From an uncultured Candidatus Binatia bacterium (GTDB taxonomy: Bacteria; Desulfobacterota; Binatia; Bin18), in contig CBDESS010000004.1 in NCBI GenBank assembly GCA_965242605.1, positions 5,835-69,834 on the forward strand: DNA of 64,000 bases, read 5' to 3'. This document shows, in pieces, positions 27,312 to 37,199 of the stretch. The position numbers and the translations under genes were made by a program. Within the stretch, counting starts at the first letter, position 1, and every line of letters begins with the position of its first letter. Under the pieces are notes generated by a model. It was given only the letters and a program-made list of their open reading frames with translations, made no database searches and was not told the DNA's origin.

Positions 27312-28187
27312 ATGAAGCTCATCACATTTACCCAGGCCGGCTCAACCCGTATCGGCGTCCTTGACCAGGCTGGTGTTGTGGACCTCTCCCGCGCAGCGCC
27401 AGACCTGCCGACCGATATGTGCGCCTTTTTGGAGGCGGGCAAGGCGGCCCTGAAGACGGCCGAGCGGGCCGCCGCCCAGACCACGGCCAGACTGGCACTC
27501 AGCGAGGTCACACTTGCCGCGCCGATTCTCCGACCGCCTAAGATTCTGGCCGTCGGTCTCAACTACAAGGACCACATCGCCGAAACCGACCGGGATATGC
27601 CCCAGTTTCCGCTGATCTTCAACAAACAGTCAACCGCGGTGACCGGCCCGACCAACGCGGTCCACCTGCCTCGCGTTTCGGACAAACTGGACTACGAGGG
27701 AGAGTTGGCGGTGGTCATCGGGCGGCGCTGTCGCCATGTGCCAAAACAGCGGGCGGCTGAGGTCATCGTCGGCTACACCATCGCCAGCGACGTGAGTGTC
27801 CGGGACTGGCAGCGGCGTGTGCCAACCTTCACTATGGGCAAGTCGTTTGATACCCACTGTCCGCTCGGACCGTGTATTGTCAGCGCGGACGAAATCGGCG
27901 ACCCCCACGGCCTGGAGCTTCGGACCTGGGTCAACGGCGAGTCGCGCCAACACTCAAACACGCGTGAGTTGCTGTTCAACTGCTTCGATCTAGTCAAGCA
28001 TCTTTCCACCGCGTTTACGCTCGAGCCGGGCGATATTATTTCGACCGGAACGCCGGGTGGCGTGGGTGCGGCCATGAAGCCCCCCCGGTTTTTACAAGCC
28101 GGGGATGTGGTCACGATCTCGATTGCCAAAATCGGCAGGCTTGAGAATCGGGTCATTGTCGAGCCGGAAGGCACACCGAGAATATAA
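27312..28187 (+). CDS. Fumarylacetoacetate hydrolase (FAH) family protein
   Basis: 291 aa. FAH-family motifs (…DYEGELAVVIG…, GTPGGVG). Confidence 0.85.
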   Translation: MKLITFTQAGSTRIGVLDQAGVVDLSRAAPDLPTDMCAFLEAGKAALKTAERAAAQTTARLALSEVTLAAPILRPPKILAVGLNYKDHIAETDRDMPQFPLIFNKQSTAVTGPTNAVHLPRVSDKLDYEGELAVVIGRRCRHVPKQRAAEVIVGYTIASDVSVRDWQRRVPTFTMGKSFDTHCPLGPCIVSADEIGDPHGLELRTWVNGESRQHSNTRELLFNCFDLVKHLSTAFTLEPGDIISTGTPGGVGAAMKPPRFLQAGDVVTISIAKIGRLENRVIVEPEGTPRI

Positions 28188-28290
28188 CGTCAATAAGACG
28201 AGCGCGTTTCAGCAGCCGCTCAGCTCCGCGACCTCCAGACCGGGGCGTCCCGACAATCATCACTCTTGTCACCTCTCTTTGGGATTCAAG

Positions 28291-28404
28291 CCTCTCCCGC
28301 CAGGGGAGAGGGAACTTGGGCGCTCCCTGTAGCGCGCAGGTCGGACTAGCGGAGCGTAATCCGACAGGCCGATGTGTCGGCTTACGCCTGACGGCTAAGC
28401 CGAC
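28291..28404. other. Cluster of three GC-rich hairpins in a convergent intergenic region. Candidate bidirectional terminators or a REP-like element.
   Basis: cctctcc-cgccagg-ggagagg (28291-28311), gtcgga…tccgac (28340-28366), 9-bp perfect stem gtcggctta/taagccgac (28376-28404). A near-identical cctctcc…ggagag palindrome occurs at 17292-17310. Confidence 0.4.
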
Positions 28405-28542
28405 CTACCGCTGAGAGTATTTCCCGATGAAGGAATCGTAGCCCAAATCATCGGCCCGGACCGCAACTTCATGCGCCGCCCGTCGGGTGGCGAAGCTGGT
28501 GAGCCGGGGCATGTTGAAGCCAATTTTCATGTCCGTCTCCTC

Positions 28543-29001
28543 CTACGGCTGGACGGTTTCAACCAGTTCCAGTATCGTCCCGTCCGGGTCCTTGAAACAC
28601 ACGAAGCGCGCCGGTGGAGCATCGGGTGGACTGAGCAAAACGGGTTCAGACAGAAACTCCACCCCGCGCGCTTTGAGCGCTGCGACATCGGCGTCCATAT
28701 CAGACGTGAGCAGCGCGATCCGGGCAATCCCGAGGTGGTACAAGTGCGGATACGGCGCGGCACTGTCACGCGGCTCTTTCCACTCCAGCAGGTCTATCAA
28801 CGGGGTGGCGTGCGAGCCTTCCAACTGGAGCAGTGCCCCCCGGACATGATAGGGCGGCATACCCACCGAGGCCGCTACTTCGGGGGTGTTGCGCTCGGGC
28901 ACTTCCCACATCACCTTGAAGCCCAGAAACTCATAAAACTCGCGCGAGCGCTCATAATCGCTACAGTTCACATTGACGTGCATCATCCCGGTGACGTGCA
29001 T
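28543..29001 (-). CDS. VOC/glyoxalase family protein
   Basis: MHVNVNCSDYERSREFYEFLGFKV… typical glyoxalase-like N-terminus. Confidence 0.75.
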   Translation of the reverse strand: MHVTGMMHVNVNCSDYERSREFYEFLGFKVMWEVPERNTPEVAASVGMPPYHVRGALLQLEGSHATPLIDLLEWKEPRDSAAPYPHLYHLGIARIALLTSDMDADVAALKARGVEFLSEPVLLSPPDAPPARFVCFKDPDGTILELVETVQP

Positions 29002-29303
29002 CCCTTCCCCTCCTCACGACAGCTCTGGCCGCGTGTCGCTATGGTGTCGGTGTGGCCCCATGCGCGAAGTCGGTCCGCCTCCTCCTGCGCCTCACAACGC
29101 TCCCGCGACTGACGCCGGACACACCTGAGTTCCGGCCCACAGGCAAACAGGGCGACTGTGGTGGTAAAGGTCCGGGCGGCCCGGTACAGGGGGAAGAGAG
29201 GCGTCGCTTGTAGTTTTGTAGTGAAGCGCGTATATGACATGGTCGTTCTCCTGCCCGCGGCTAAGAAAATAGCATCCAACACCGACAATACAAGGAAACA
29301 CTT

Positions 29304-30242
29304 GTGGAAACCTCGCCTCCTCTGTACATCCCTTGCCTTCCGCTTCCCAGCCGCGGGTATATCCGCACCTTTGAAGCTGAGATTGACTATCTTGAAGACA
29401 CGACCCTGCGTATCCGGGGCGTCCAGGCCGATTATCAGCACACGCTTGAATATGACTGGCTGGTCCGCTTTCCCGACTACACAATCTTACGCGCCGCGGC
29501 GCGCCAGCCGGCCGGCGAGGTCGTATCGCCCCACCTGCTGAGCCGCTGCGCGGCTTTTCAGGGCGTGCAGACCGGCCAGGGCTTCACCAGAGCTGCGCGC
29601 GCAGCCCTCGGCGAGCTGCCGGGCCATCGGCACCACTTGGCACTGGCGGTTGATATGGCCCGGGTCAGCCTCCAGGCCCTCCCCGTCCCCAAGGACGACC
29701 ACGAGCGCTTTGTCGCGGCAGCCGCCGGGCTGCCCCCGGGCCCAAGCCAGGTGGCCCGCATGGCCTGGGAGCGGGACCGGGTTGACTGGTCTGGGCTCTG
29801 CAATTCGTGCTATGCCTACCGCGATGAGTCTGTAGCCCTGTTCGCGCAACGCCCGGTCAGGTGCTTCAACCTCGACCTGGCTTCCCCTAACCCCGGCCAA
29901 CAACGGTTTTTCTGGCGCACAAAGCGTCTGCGCATCGCCGAGCGTGAGGACGGCTCAGGCTTTTCGTGTCGCAACGACATGAACGACACCTTCCACCAGC
30001 TCGGGGTATCGTTTGACATTGAGGCCGACGGCACGATTGGCACCGCCACAAGCCACTGGCAACGGCTCGCCTATGAGGGTATCTGCGAGGATGCCCAGGC
30101 CCGGGTGCCGGGGCTGATCGGCAAGAAACTTGACAAAGGCTACGCCCGGCTGCTGGCCGACCATGTTGGCGGGCGGTCCGGCTGTAGCCATCTGTTTGAT
30201 CTGTCGGTCGATTGTGTGCGCTTCTTTGAGTGGCCGGACTGA
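29304..30242 (+). CDS. Hypothetical protein, DUF2889-like (conserved G..GC.HL..L motif)
   Basis: 312 aa. C-terminal GGRSGCSHLFDLS motif. Start codon choice uncertain. Confidence 0.45.
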   Translation: METSPPLYIPCLPLPSRGYIRTFEAEIDYLEDTTLRIRGVQADYQHTLEYDWLVRFPDYTILRAAARQPAGEVVSPHLLSRCAAFQGVQTGQGFTRAARAALGELPGHRHHLALAVDMARVSLQALPVPKDDHERFVAAAAGLPPGPSQVARMAWERDRVDWSGLCNSCYAYRDESVALFAQRPVRCFNLDLASPNPGQQRFFWRTKRLRIAEREDGSGFSCRNDMNDTFHQLGVSFDIEADGTIGTATSHWQRLAYEGICEDAQARVPGLIGKKLDKGYARLLADHVGGRSGCSHLFDLSVDCVRFFEWPD

Positions 30243-30398
30243 CAGGCCTCAGTCATGTATAGCAGATTGTTGCCCGGCATCAATCCGATGTCAGATGTGT
30301 CTCGCAGACGCCAGCGCTGTCTCGTTGCCGCTCCGCCGCCTCTTTCACCAACTCCCCCACAGTGCTAGAGTATCGCCCGACAAGGAAGGAGGGAGCGT

Positions 30399-31886
30399 AT
30401 GCCAATCCAGCGATTCGCCCCAATGACCAAGGACTTTCCCACCTTTGACTGTGATGCCCATGTCACCGAGCCGCCCTGGCTCTGGGAGCGGGCCAAGGAC
30501 TGGCTGAGCAAGGACGAACTCGAAGCCCTCAAGACCACCATGTGGTTTGACGCCGAGTCCAGACAGCTCATTGTCAACGGCACGGCCGGGGCCGGGCTGG
30601 GCTCCCAGAAGGTCGGGGGGACGCCCGGCATCGTCAACGTGCTCTCCCTGGCCGGCCCCGGGATCAAGCACGATATCCAGCGCGCCTTCAATGTCCGCAA
30701 CCTCAATCCCACGACCGCCCTGACCGCCGAGCAGGCCGACTACCTTGACCACAAAGGCTCCTACAGACCTGCCGAGCGGCTGCGCGATATGGACCTCCAG
30801 GGCATTGACCAGGTTATGATTATTCCCACCGATATCGACACCTACCCCTGGCTGCAAAGCGCCCTGGGGGCCAAGGCCATGTGTAAAGCCTATAACGAAT
30901 GGGCCTATGACTACTGCCAAGCCAACCCCCAGCGCCTCTTCTTTGCCGCCCTGCTGCCCATGCAAGACCCCAAGTTTGCCGCCGAGGAGGTCTACCGGAT
31001 AGCGGCCAAGGGCTGTCGTGTGGGCTTGGTCCGGCCGGTAGACGCACAGGGCAACTATCCCTTGCAACCCAAGTACGAGCCGGTGTGGCGCGCGATGGAA
31101 GAGACCGGCATGGTCTACGGCATGCACCCCTTCCCGGCCTTTGGCGCGCTCAAGCCGCCGGGCTATACCGAGCAGTATTCCGGGGCCGAACTCATCGCCA
31201 AGACGATCCTCTCCTCTGGGCTGCCGCATTTTTTTCTGACCAACGTCCAGAACTTCCAGGCCGAAGCCGCCCTGTGGGTGACCCTGGTGCTGCTATCAGG
31301 CTTCTTTGATCGCCATCCCAAGCTGCGCGCCGCGGTTTTTGAAGCCTCCTCCACCTGGCTCAGCTTCCTGCTTGACGAGTGCGACAAGTTCTACACCCTG
31401 TACCGCAACGAGCGGGCCTTACCGCCGCTCAGCCGCCTGCCCAGCCAGACCTTTTTTGAGCACTGTGTGACCGGCTTTGAGGGCGACGAGGCCCCGCCGT
31501 CCCGCCTGCCCGAGTTCTACCAGGACATCCTGGCTTGGTCCTCTGACGTGTATCATCACGACGGGGACGACGCTTGGCGAGCGCTTGAGACCATGCACGG
31601 GTGTGGCTTGCCGGTGTCGTATCAGGTCCAGTTTCTGGGGGCCAACGCCCGCAAGCTGTACAACATTGAGGCCCCGCGCGAGTTCATCCGGGAGCGGGTG
31701 ACGGAGTTGGAGCGGCCCGAGTGGTGGCCGACCGAGGCCGAGGTCACCCAAGCCCTGGAGCCCGAAGCCGCCCTGCTCCGGCCCTGCGGAGAGCGGGGCC
31801 GGTCGGCCACCAGCACAAACGGCCCCGCTCGGGCCACGGCCCGGCCCGAGCCGCCCCAAAGAGACCGGGAAGGAGCCCGGGCATGA
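30399..31886 (+). CDS. Amidohydrolase family 2 (PF04909) protein
   Basis: FDCDAHVTEPPWLW… GGAGGGA RBS. Stop overlaps the next gene start (ATGA). Confidence 0.8.
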   Translation: MPIQRFAPMTKDFPTFDCDAHVTEPPWLWERAKDWLSKDELEALKTTMWFDAESRQLIVNGTAGAGLGSQKVGGTPGIVNVLSLAGPGIKHDIQRAFNVRNLNPTTALTAEQADYLDHKGSYRPAERLRDMDLQGIDQVMIIPTDIDTYPWLQSALGAKAMCKAYNEWAYDYCQANPQRLFFAALLPMQDPKFAAEEVYRIAAKGCRVGLVRPVDAQGNYPLQPKYEPVWRAMEETGMVYGMHPFPAFGALKPPGYTEQYSGAELIAKTILSSGLPHFFLTNVQNFQAEAALWVTLVLLSGFFDRHPKLRAAVFEASSTWLSFLLDECDKFYTLYRNERALPPLSRLPSQTFFEHCVTGFEGDEAPPSRLPEFYQDILAWSSDVYHHDGDDAWRALETMHGCGLPVSYQVQFLGANARKLYNIEAPREFIRERVTELERPEWWPTEAEVTQALEPEAALLRPCGERGRSATSTNGPARATARPEPPQRDREGARA

Positions 31887-33154
31887 GCGCCGGCAAGCCC
31901 TTCCCGGTCTTTGACGCCACCTCGCACATCGTTGAGCCGCCGGCGGTGTGGGACACCTACCTGGAGGCCGAATACCGGGCGCTGGGCAAATCGGCCCTGT
32001 GGCGTGAGGAAGGCCGCTACGGCTCCTACCTCAAGGTCAACGGCAAGACATACCGTGACCCGATGAACCCCAACATCCCTCGGCACGCCATCTGGCGGCC
32101 GGGCCTGAGTTGGGAACAGATCGGCCAGCTTGACCCCCACACTCGCCACGCCATGACCGAGGGCGCGGCTGACCCCAAGGCCCGCCTGCGGGATATGGAC
32201 GCGATGGGCGTAGACCAGGCCCTCCTCTACCCCACCTGGTTTGCCGAGGGCTTTCCCCTGGTTGAAGACCCGGACATAGCCTATGCCCTGGCCCGGGCCT
32301 ACAACACCTGGATCGCCGACTTCTGTCAGGCCGCGCCCGAGCGGCTGTATGCGGCGGCCATGATTCCCCTGCAAAACATGGATTTTGCCTGTGAGGAGCT
32401 GCGGCAGGTCGCCGGCCTGGCCTGCTTCCGGGCGGTCTTTCTGCGGCCCATGTTCATTGAGGGGCGCTATTATACCCATCCCTACTATGACCCCTTGTGG
32501 GCCGAGGTAGAGCAGCTCGGGCTGACCCTGGCCGTCCATCCCACGGCCGGCCTGTGGAATCCAGAGTGGACCTCACACGGTCCATTTACGGAAAAGGTCA
32601 ACGGCCGTCTCAACCAGGTGTCGTTTGTCCGGGAATCCGGCGGTGGACCGTCCGCCGGCGGCGGCAACGGGACCAATTTTGCCTTCGTCGCCCAGCAGCC
32701 GATTGCCCAGATTCTGTCACCGTGGCTCGATAACCATATGTTCGTGGCCGCCACCCTGATCGGCTTTACCGTCATGCAGCGCTACCCGACCCTGAAAATT
32801 GTAATGGCCGGCGGCAAAGCCTCGTGGATGGAGGAAGTCCTGGAGAAAATGGAAGCCTCAACCCGGACCGTTCCCCTGCTGCACACCTACCCGGTGCGGA
32901 CCGATGTCGAAGCGATGTGGGAGGAAGGCCGGGTGTTGCTCGGCTTTGACGCCGAGGAGCGCCTGATCCAGAAGCTGCCCCACACCTTTGCCCATAAAAT
33001 TGTCTGGGGCTCCCGCTATCCCCAGCAGGACACGACCAGCGCCTATGAGGCGATTGCCCAGCTCAGCCGGGCGTCTGTTGACGAGGCGAGCATGGCGCGT
33101 ATGTTCGGTCGTAATGCCGCCGAGTTGTTCGGTGTGCAACTCCAAGCCGTATGA
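31883..33154 (+). CDS. Amidohydrolase family 2 (PF04909) protein. True start is the internal Met of ORF 31721..33154.
   Basis: MSAGKPFPVFDATSHIVEPPAVW… ATGA overlap with the upstream gene. Confidence 0.8.
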   Translation: MSAGKPFPVFDATSHIVEPPAVWDTYLEAEYRALGKSALWREEGRYGSYLKVNGKTYRDPMNPNIPRHAIWRPGLSWEQIGQLDPHTRHAMTEGAADPKARLRDMDAMGVDQALLYPTWFAEGFPLVEDPDIAYALARAYNTWIADFCQAAPERLYAAAMIPLQNMDFACEELRQVAGLACFRAVFLRPMFIEGRYYTHPYYDPLWAEVEQLGLTLAVHPTAGLWNPEWTSHGPFTEKVNGRLNQVSFVRESGGGPSAGGGNGTNFAFVAQQPIAQILSPWLDNHMFVAATLIGFTVMQRYPTLKIVMAGGKASWMEEVLEKMEASTRTVPLLHTYPVRTDVEAMWEEGRVLLGFDAEERLIQKLPHTFAHKIVWGSRYPQQDTTSAYEAIAQLSRASVDEASMARMFGRNAAELFGVQLQAV

Positions 33155-35133
33155 GCCACGGCAGACAGGCGGCCGCGGTCCGGCTGCGTCTGCCGGAAAA
33201 AGCCCTGCTACACGGCATCTGGACCGGCCTCGTCCTGCTCCTCCTGACCCCCTTCGTCATCACTCCCCAGACGATCTTCCCCTTTGTCGTTGGGAAGGCC
33301 CTGTATGCACGGGTCATTATTGAGCTCATCTTCGGTCTCTGGGTGCTGCTGGCCGTCTCACGCCCTGCCTACCGCCCCCCGCGCTCGCGTCTTCTCATCC
33401 TGTTTGGCCTTGTCCTCGGCGTATCGGCGATAGCGGCCTGCTCTGGCGTCAGCGTCCAGCGGAGTTTCTGGTCAACCTACGAACGGATGCAGGGCGTCGT
33501 TGACCTGGCCCACTGGTTGGCCTTCGCCATTGTTCTGACATCCGTGGTCCGCACCACCAAGGCTTGGGACATTCTTCTGAACCTCAATCTGGGCCTCAGC
33601 CTGATGATGGCCCTGCTGGCCGTCGCTCAGTCGTACTATTTCCCGGACGCGCGCCTGCTCAGTTGGGACCCCCCGACAACGCGGGTCGCTGCCACGCTCG
33701 GCAATCCGATCTATCTCTGCGCGTACTTGATGGTGAACATCGTCATCGCGTTGGGGTTCCTGGCCCGGTCGTTCGTCCCCGTCGCCGCCCCGAGCCCTTC
33801 CCCGGCCTCCGGGAGAAAACGGGCGAGACGCCGCCGGCGAAAACAGCCGCCAGCGCCGGTGATGAAGAGCCACCGCCGGCTGCTGTGGGCCCAGCGACTC
33901 TTCTGGGGGGGCGCGGTGGTGATCGAACTATGGGCGCTCGGCCTGGCCGGCAGCCGAGGGGTGTGGGCAGGACTCGTCGCCGCGCTCGGCTGCCTGGCCG
34001 TGATGGGCCTGTTTCTCGGACGCACTCAAACGGTCCGCTTTGCCGCGGTTGGACTGATGGGTCTGTGCGGGACAGCGCTCGTGCTGCTGTTGGCCGTGTT
34101 TTTCAGGCCGGGTATCCTCATGCCCGACCCATCGCTCTCAAATCCCTTCTTGCGCCACCTGACATCTTCCGGGACCATGCGAACGCGCCTGGCGGCTTGG
34201 GAGGCAGGGCTCAGAGGCTTCGCCGACAGGCCGATCCTCGGCTGGGGGCCAGAGAACTACATCGTGGTCTTCGGCCGGCAGGTCTCTGGAGTCGGGGGCC
34301 ACTCCAAGGTCCACGACAGTGCGCATAACAGGCTCGTTGAAGAGATGGCGACAAAGGGCCTGCTCGGTCTGTTGAGCTATCTCTCGGTGTGGGGGTTGAC
34401 CTTCTCGGCCGTGCTCCGGGCCGCCAGAGGGATGGACCCCAGGGAGCGAATGCTGACGCTGTGTGTTGGCGCTGCCCTGGCAGGGCATTTCGTTCAGAGC
34501 CAATTTGCGCCCGACGGCTCCTCGACCGGCTTCCTCCAGTATGTCCTGCTGTTTGCTTTTGTCGCCAGGCTTGAAGGGGGAGCCGGCGGGCGGCTGGCAG
34601 GGGGGCTCGGCCAACGGGTTTCCGCCGCCTTTGGGCGACTCGAGCGCCCGGCCTTCCTCGGCCGCAAGCTGACCAGCACTGCCGTGACCGCGGGCGTAAT
34701 AGCGTTGGTAGGGGCGAATCTCCTGGCCAACCAGGCGATCTACTCGGCGGCCAGCGCCACCCTCAGAACATCCGCGCCCCATAACACTCCCGCTCAACTC
34801 AGAGGCACTTTCCAGCAGGCCATTGGCGACTTCAGACCACTCGCAAACTATCCCCGACTCCTCCTGTTTGAGACAATGGTGGAACTCTGGGAGTTCCTCC
34901 GGGCCCAGTCCAGGCTTGAGACCGAACGCATGCTGGCGCTAGTCAATGCGGAGGCGGTCGCCGCCCTTGAAAACAACCCGTATGACTGGCGAATCTGCGT
35001 AGCGCTGGCAAAGCTGTATCGGGTGATACACGCCTCTGAGCCGGCCTACGAGGACAGGGCGAGACGCTACCTTGAGAGAGCCCTGGAGCTGGCCCCCCGG
35101 AGAAAAGAGGTCCTGGAGTTGGCCCCTTCGTAG
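33151..35133 (+). CDS. O-antigen ligase/Wzy_C-like polytopic membrane protein with C-terminal TPR-like region
   Basis: 660 aa with multiple TM segments. Wzy_C-like core, Pro/Arg-rich loop, helical repeat C-terminus. ATGA-coupled to the upstream amidohydrolase. Confidence 0.7.
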   Translation: MSHGRQAAAVRLRLPEKALLHGIWTGLVLLLLTPFVITPQTIFPFVVGKALYARVIIELIFGLWVLLAVSRPAYRPPRSRLLILFGLVLGVSAIAACSGVSVQRSFWSTYERMQGVVDLAHWLAFAIVLTSVVRTTKAWDILLNLNLGLSLMMALLAVAQSYYFPDARLLSWDPPTTRVAATLGNPIYLCAYLMVNIVIALGFLARSFVPVAAPSPSPASGRKRARRRRRKQPPAPVMKSHRRLLWAQRLFWGGAVVIELWALGLAGSRGVWAGLVAALGCLAVMGLFLGRTQTVRFAAVGLMGLCGTALVLLLAVFFRPGILMPDPSLSNPFLRHLTSSGTMRTRLAAWEAGLRGFADRPILGWGPENYIVVFGRQVSGVGGHSKVHDSAHNRLVEEMATKGLLGLLSYLSVWGLTFSAVLRAARGMDPRERMLTLCVGAALAGHFVQSQFAPDGSSTGFLQYVLLFAFVARLEGGAGGRLAGGLGQRVSAAFGRLERPAFLGRKLTSTAVTAGVIALVGANLLANQAIYSAASATLRTSAPHNTPAQLRGTFQQAIGDFRPLANYPRLLLFETMVELWEFLRAQSRLETERMLALVNAEAVAALENNPYDWRICVALAKLYRVIHASEPAYEDRARRYLERALELAPRRKEVLELAPS

Positions 35134-35192
35134 CAACACGACGGTCCGGCCAGCGGAGGCTGGGCCGCCTGCTGCACACGGCGCGGTAGACC

Positions 35193-36386
35193 TCAGGCCG
35201 CCAGGGCCAGCCCGCGCTTGGCCTCGTCCTGCGCGGTCGGCTCCTCAACCTTGTAGAGTTTCTGGCCGTTGTCCCACAGAATCTTGCGTCGCACCGCCTC
35301 TTCACAGTCGGACAGGCCGCCTTTGATGCGGCTGTGGACCTCGTCGCCGTACAGCGAGGTTGGGTGTGGAAAGTCGGTCTCAAACAGAATGTTGTCCGCC
35401 CCGACCTTGTCGATCAGCCGCCGGGGGGCGAGCTGCTCAAACCAGTAGCAGGCATAGACGTTGCGGGCGAAATACTCCGAAGGCAGCAGGTCAAACTCGG
35501 GGTGCTCGTCGGCCACATCGTTGCCGGAGAACTGATAGTCGAGGGCTTCAAGCGCAAACGGAATCCAGCCGATGCCGCTCTCGACCGAGATGAACTTGAT
35601 GTCCGGGTAGCGGGCCAACACCCCGGACATGATCAGGTCATTCAGCTGCATGGCGTTTTTCAGAAAGATATCGACCGACAGCTCGGTAAAGGCCGCCATC
35701 TTGCCGTAGGCGCGAATCCGGTCTTCAAGCAGGCCGAGTTCCATATTGCCTGAGCCGATGTGGAAGCTGATCGGCAGGTCAAGCTCGACCGCGACCTCCC
35801 ACAGCGGGTTCCAGTGGGTATCGCCCAGGAGCGGCTGGTCAAAAGCCTGCGGCTCGCCGGTGAACAGAATGCCCCGGTGGCCCAGGGCGGCACAGCGGCG
35901 GACCTCCTTGACCGCGGCCTCCACATCCCAGAAGGGCAGCGAGGTGATGGGCAGCAGCCGGCGCGAGTCAGCAGACGCCCACTCGGTCTGCCAGTCGTTG
36001 TATATCTGGACGCAGGTGAGCATCAGTTCGGAGTCGTTCAGCTTCAGGAACTCTTGGGCACCAAAGCCGCCGACATTGGGGTACATGACCATCGCCCAGA
36101 TGCCCATCTTGTCCATGTACTTCAGGCGTTCCTTGGCGTCGTAGGCCCCGGGGTGCATCTCGTCGTAGGTCTTGGGCGGGTTCTTGAAGTTGCCGACCCC
36201 GGCGGTGGCCGTCAGGCCCGGGCTGGCCAGCATCGGCTTGCCGCCCACAATCCAGGACAGGCCGCCGTCTGTGTTGGTCTCGATACGCGGCACGCGGTCG
36301 CGCAGCGAGTCCTGGGCTCGGCTCGTCCACAGGTCAGGCGTTTCGGTGACGTGGGTGTCAACGTCGATAATCGTATACGCGCTCAT
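35193..36386 (-). CDS. Amidohydrolase family 2 (PF04909) protein
   Basis: MSAYTIIDVDTHVTETPDLW… Start at 36386. Confidence 0.8.
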   Translation of the reverse strand: MSAYTIIDVDTHVTETPDLWTSRAQDSLRDRVPRIETNTDGGLSWIVGGKPMLASPGLTATAGVGNFKNPPKTYDEMHPGAYDAKERLKYMDKMGIWAMVMYPNVGGFGAQEFLKLNDSELMLTCVQIYNDWQTEWASADSRRLLPITSLPFWDVEAAVKEVRRCAALGHRGILFTGEPQAFDQPLLGDTHWNPLWEVAVELDLPISFHIGSGNMELGLLEDRIRAYGKMAAFTELSVDIFLKNAMQLNDLIMSGVLARYPDIKFISVESGIGWIPFALEALDYQFSGNDVADEHPEFDLLPSEYFARNVYACYWFEQLAPRRLIDKVGADNILFETDFPHPTSLYGDEVHSRIKGGLSDCEEAVRRKILWDNGQKLYKVEEPTAQDEAKRGLALAA

Positions 36387-36413
36387 ACTTCCCTCCTTCA
36401 CATAGTGACAGTC

Positions 36414-37175
36414 CTAGTGGGCAACATAGCCGCCATCGACCGCCATCGGGTGGCCGGTCACAAAAGAGGCCGCCTCAGAGCACAGCCAGACTACGGCTTC
36501 ACCAATCTCGGCCGGCTGGGCCAGACGCCCGACCGGCTCGGCGGCGACCGCAGCCTCCGCGGCCTGCGTGTTGTCGGCAAAGACCCGTTGGAGCATCGGC
36601 GTATCCACGCCGCCAGGACACACCGCGTTGACCCGGATGCCGGCCTTGGCGTATTCCAGGGCGGCAGTCTTGGTCAGGCCGACGACGCCGTGTTTGGACG
36701 CCACATAGGCCGACAGGTCGGGCACGGCGACGAGGCCGGCGGCAGAGGCGGTATTCACAATCGCCCCGCCGCCGTGGCCGAGCATGTGCCCGATTTCGGC
36801 CTTCATGCTCAGCCACACGCCCTTGAGGTTAATGGCCATGACCCGCTCCCAGGTCGCCTCGGCATAGTCCCGGGTGGACTGAAGTTCGCCTCCAATGCCG
36901 GCGTTGTTGAACGCGCAGTCCAGCCGGCCATAGGTCTGGGCCGCCTGCCTGACCATTGCCTCGGCGTCCGCGGCCTGCGACACATCGGCCCGGATGCAGA
37001 GCGCTTCGCCGCCGGCGTCGCGTATCAGGCGGACCGTCTCCTCAGCGCCCTCGACATTCACATCGGCCACCACCACCTGTGCCCCTTCCCGGGCAAAAAT
37101 CCGGGCGCTGGCCCGGCCAATCCCGGTGCTGCCGCCGGTAATCAGGGCGACTTTTCCTGCTACTAATCCTGCCAT
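36414..37175 (-). CDS. SDR family NAD(P)-dependent oxidoreductase
   Basis: TGGSTGIG (Rossmann motif), NNAGI, YxxxK. Confidence 0.85.
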   Translation of the reverse strand: MAGLVAGKVALITGGSTGIGRASARIFAREGAQVVVADVNVEGAEETVRLIRDAGGEALCIRADVSQAADAEAMVRQAAQTYGRLDCAFNNAGIGGELQSTRDYAEATWERVMAINLKGVWLSMKAEIGHMLGHGGGAIVNTASAAGLVAVPDLSAYVASKHGVVGLTKTAALEYAKAGIRVNAVCPGGVDTPMLQRVFADNTQAAEAAVAAEPVGRLAQPAEIGEAVVWLCSEAASFVTGHPMAVDGGYVAH

Positions 37176-37199
37176 ACCGCTTCTCCTTTCCGGGCCAGC

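Noticed and set aside
28320-28420. Possible tRNA or small RNA in the hairpin-rich region
   Set aside because: No acceptor/D/anticodon/T-arm arrangement or GTTCRANYC T-loop could be fitted. Better explained as terminator/REP-like hairpins between convergent genes.
28471-29112. 213-aa plus-strand ORF
   Set aside because: Antisense shadow of the glyoxalase/VOC gene 28543..29001.
35760-37166. 468-aa plus-strand ORF
   Set aside because: Antisense shadow spanning the amidohydrolase and SDR genes. Low-complexity Gly/Arg/Ala-rich translation.
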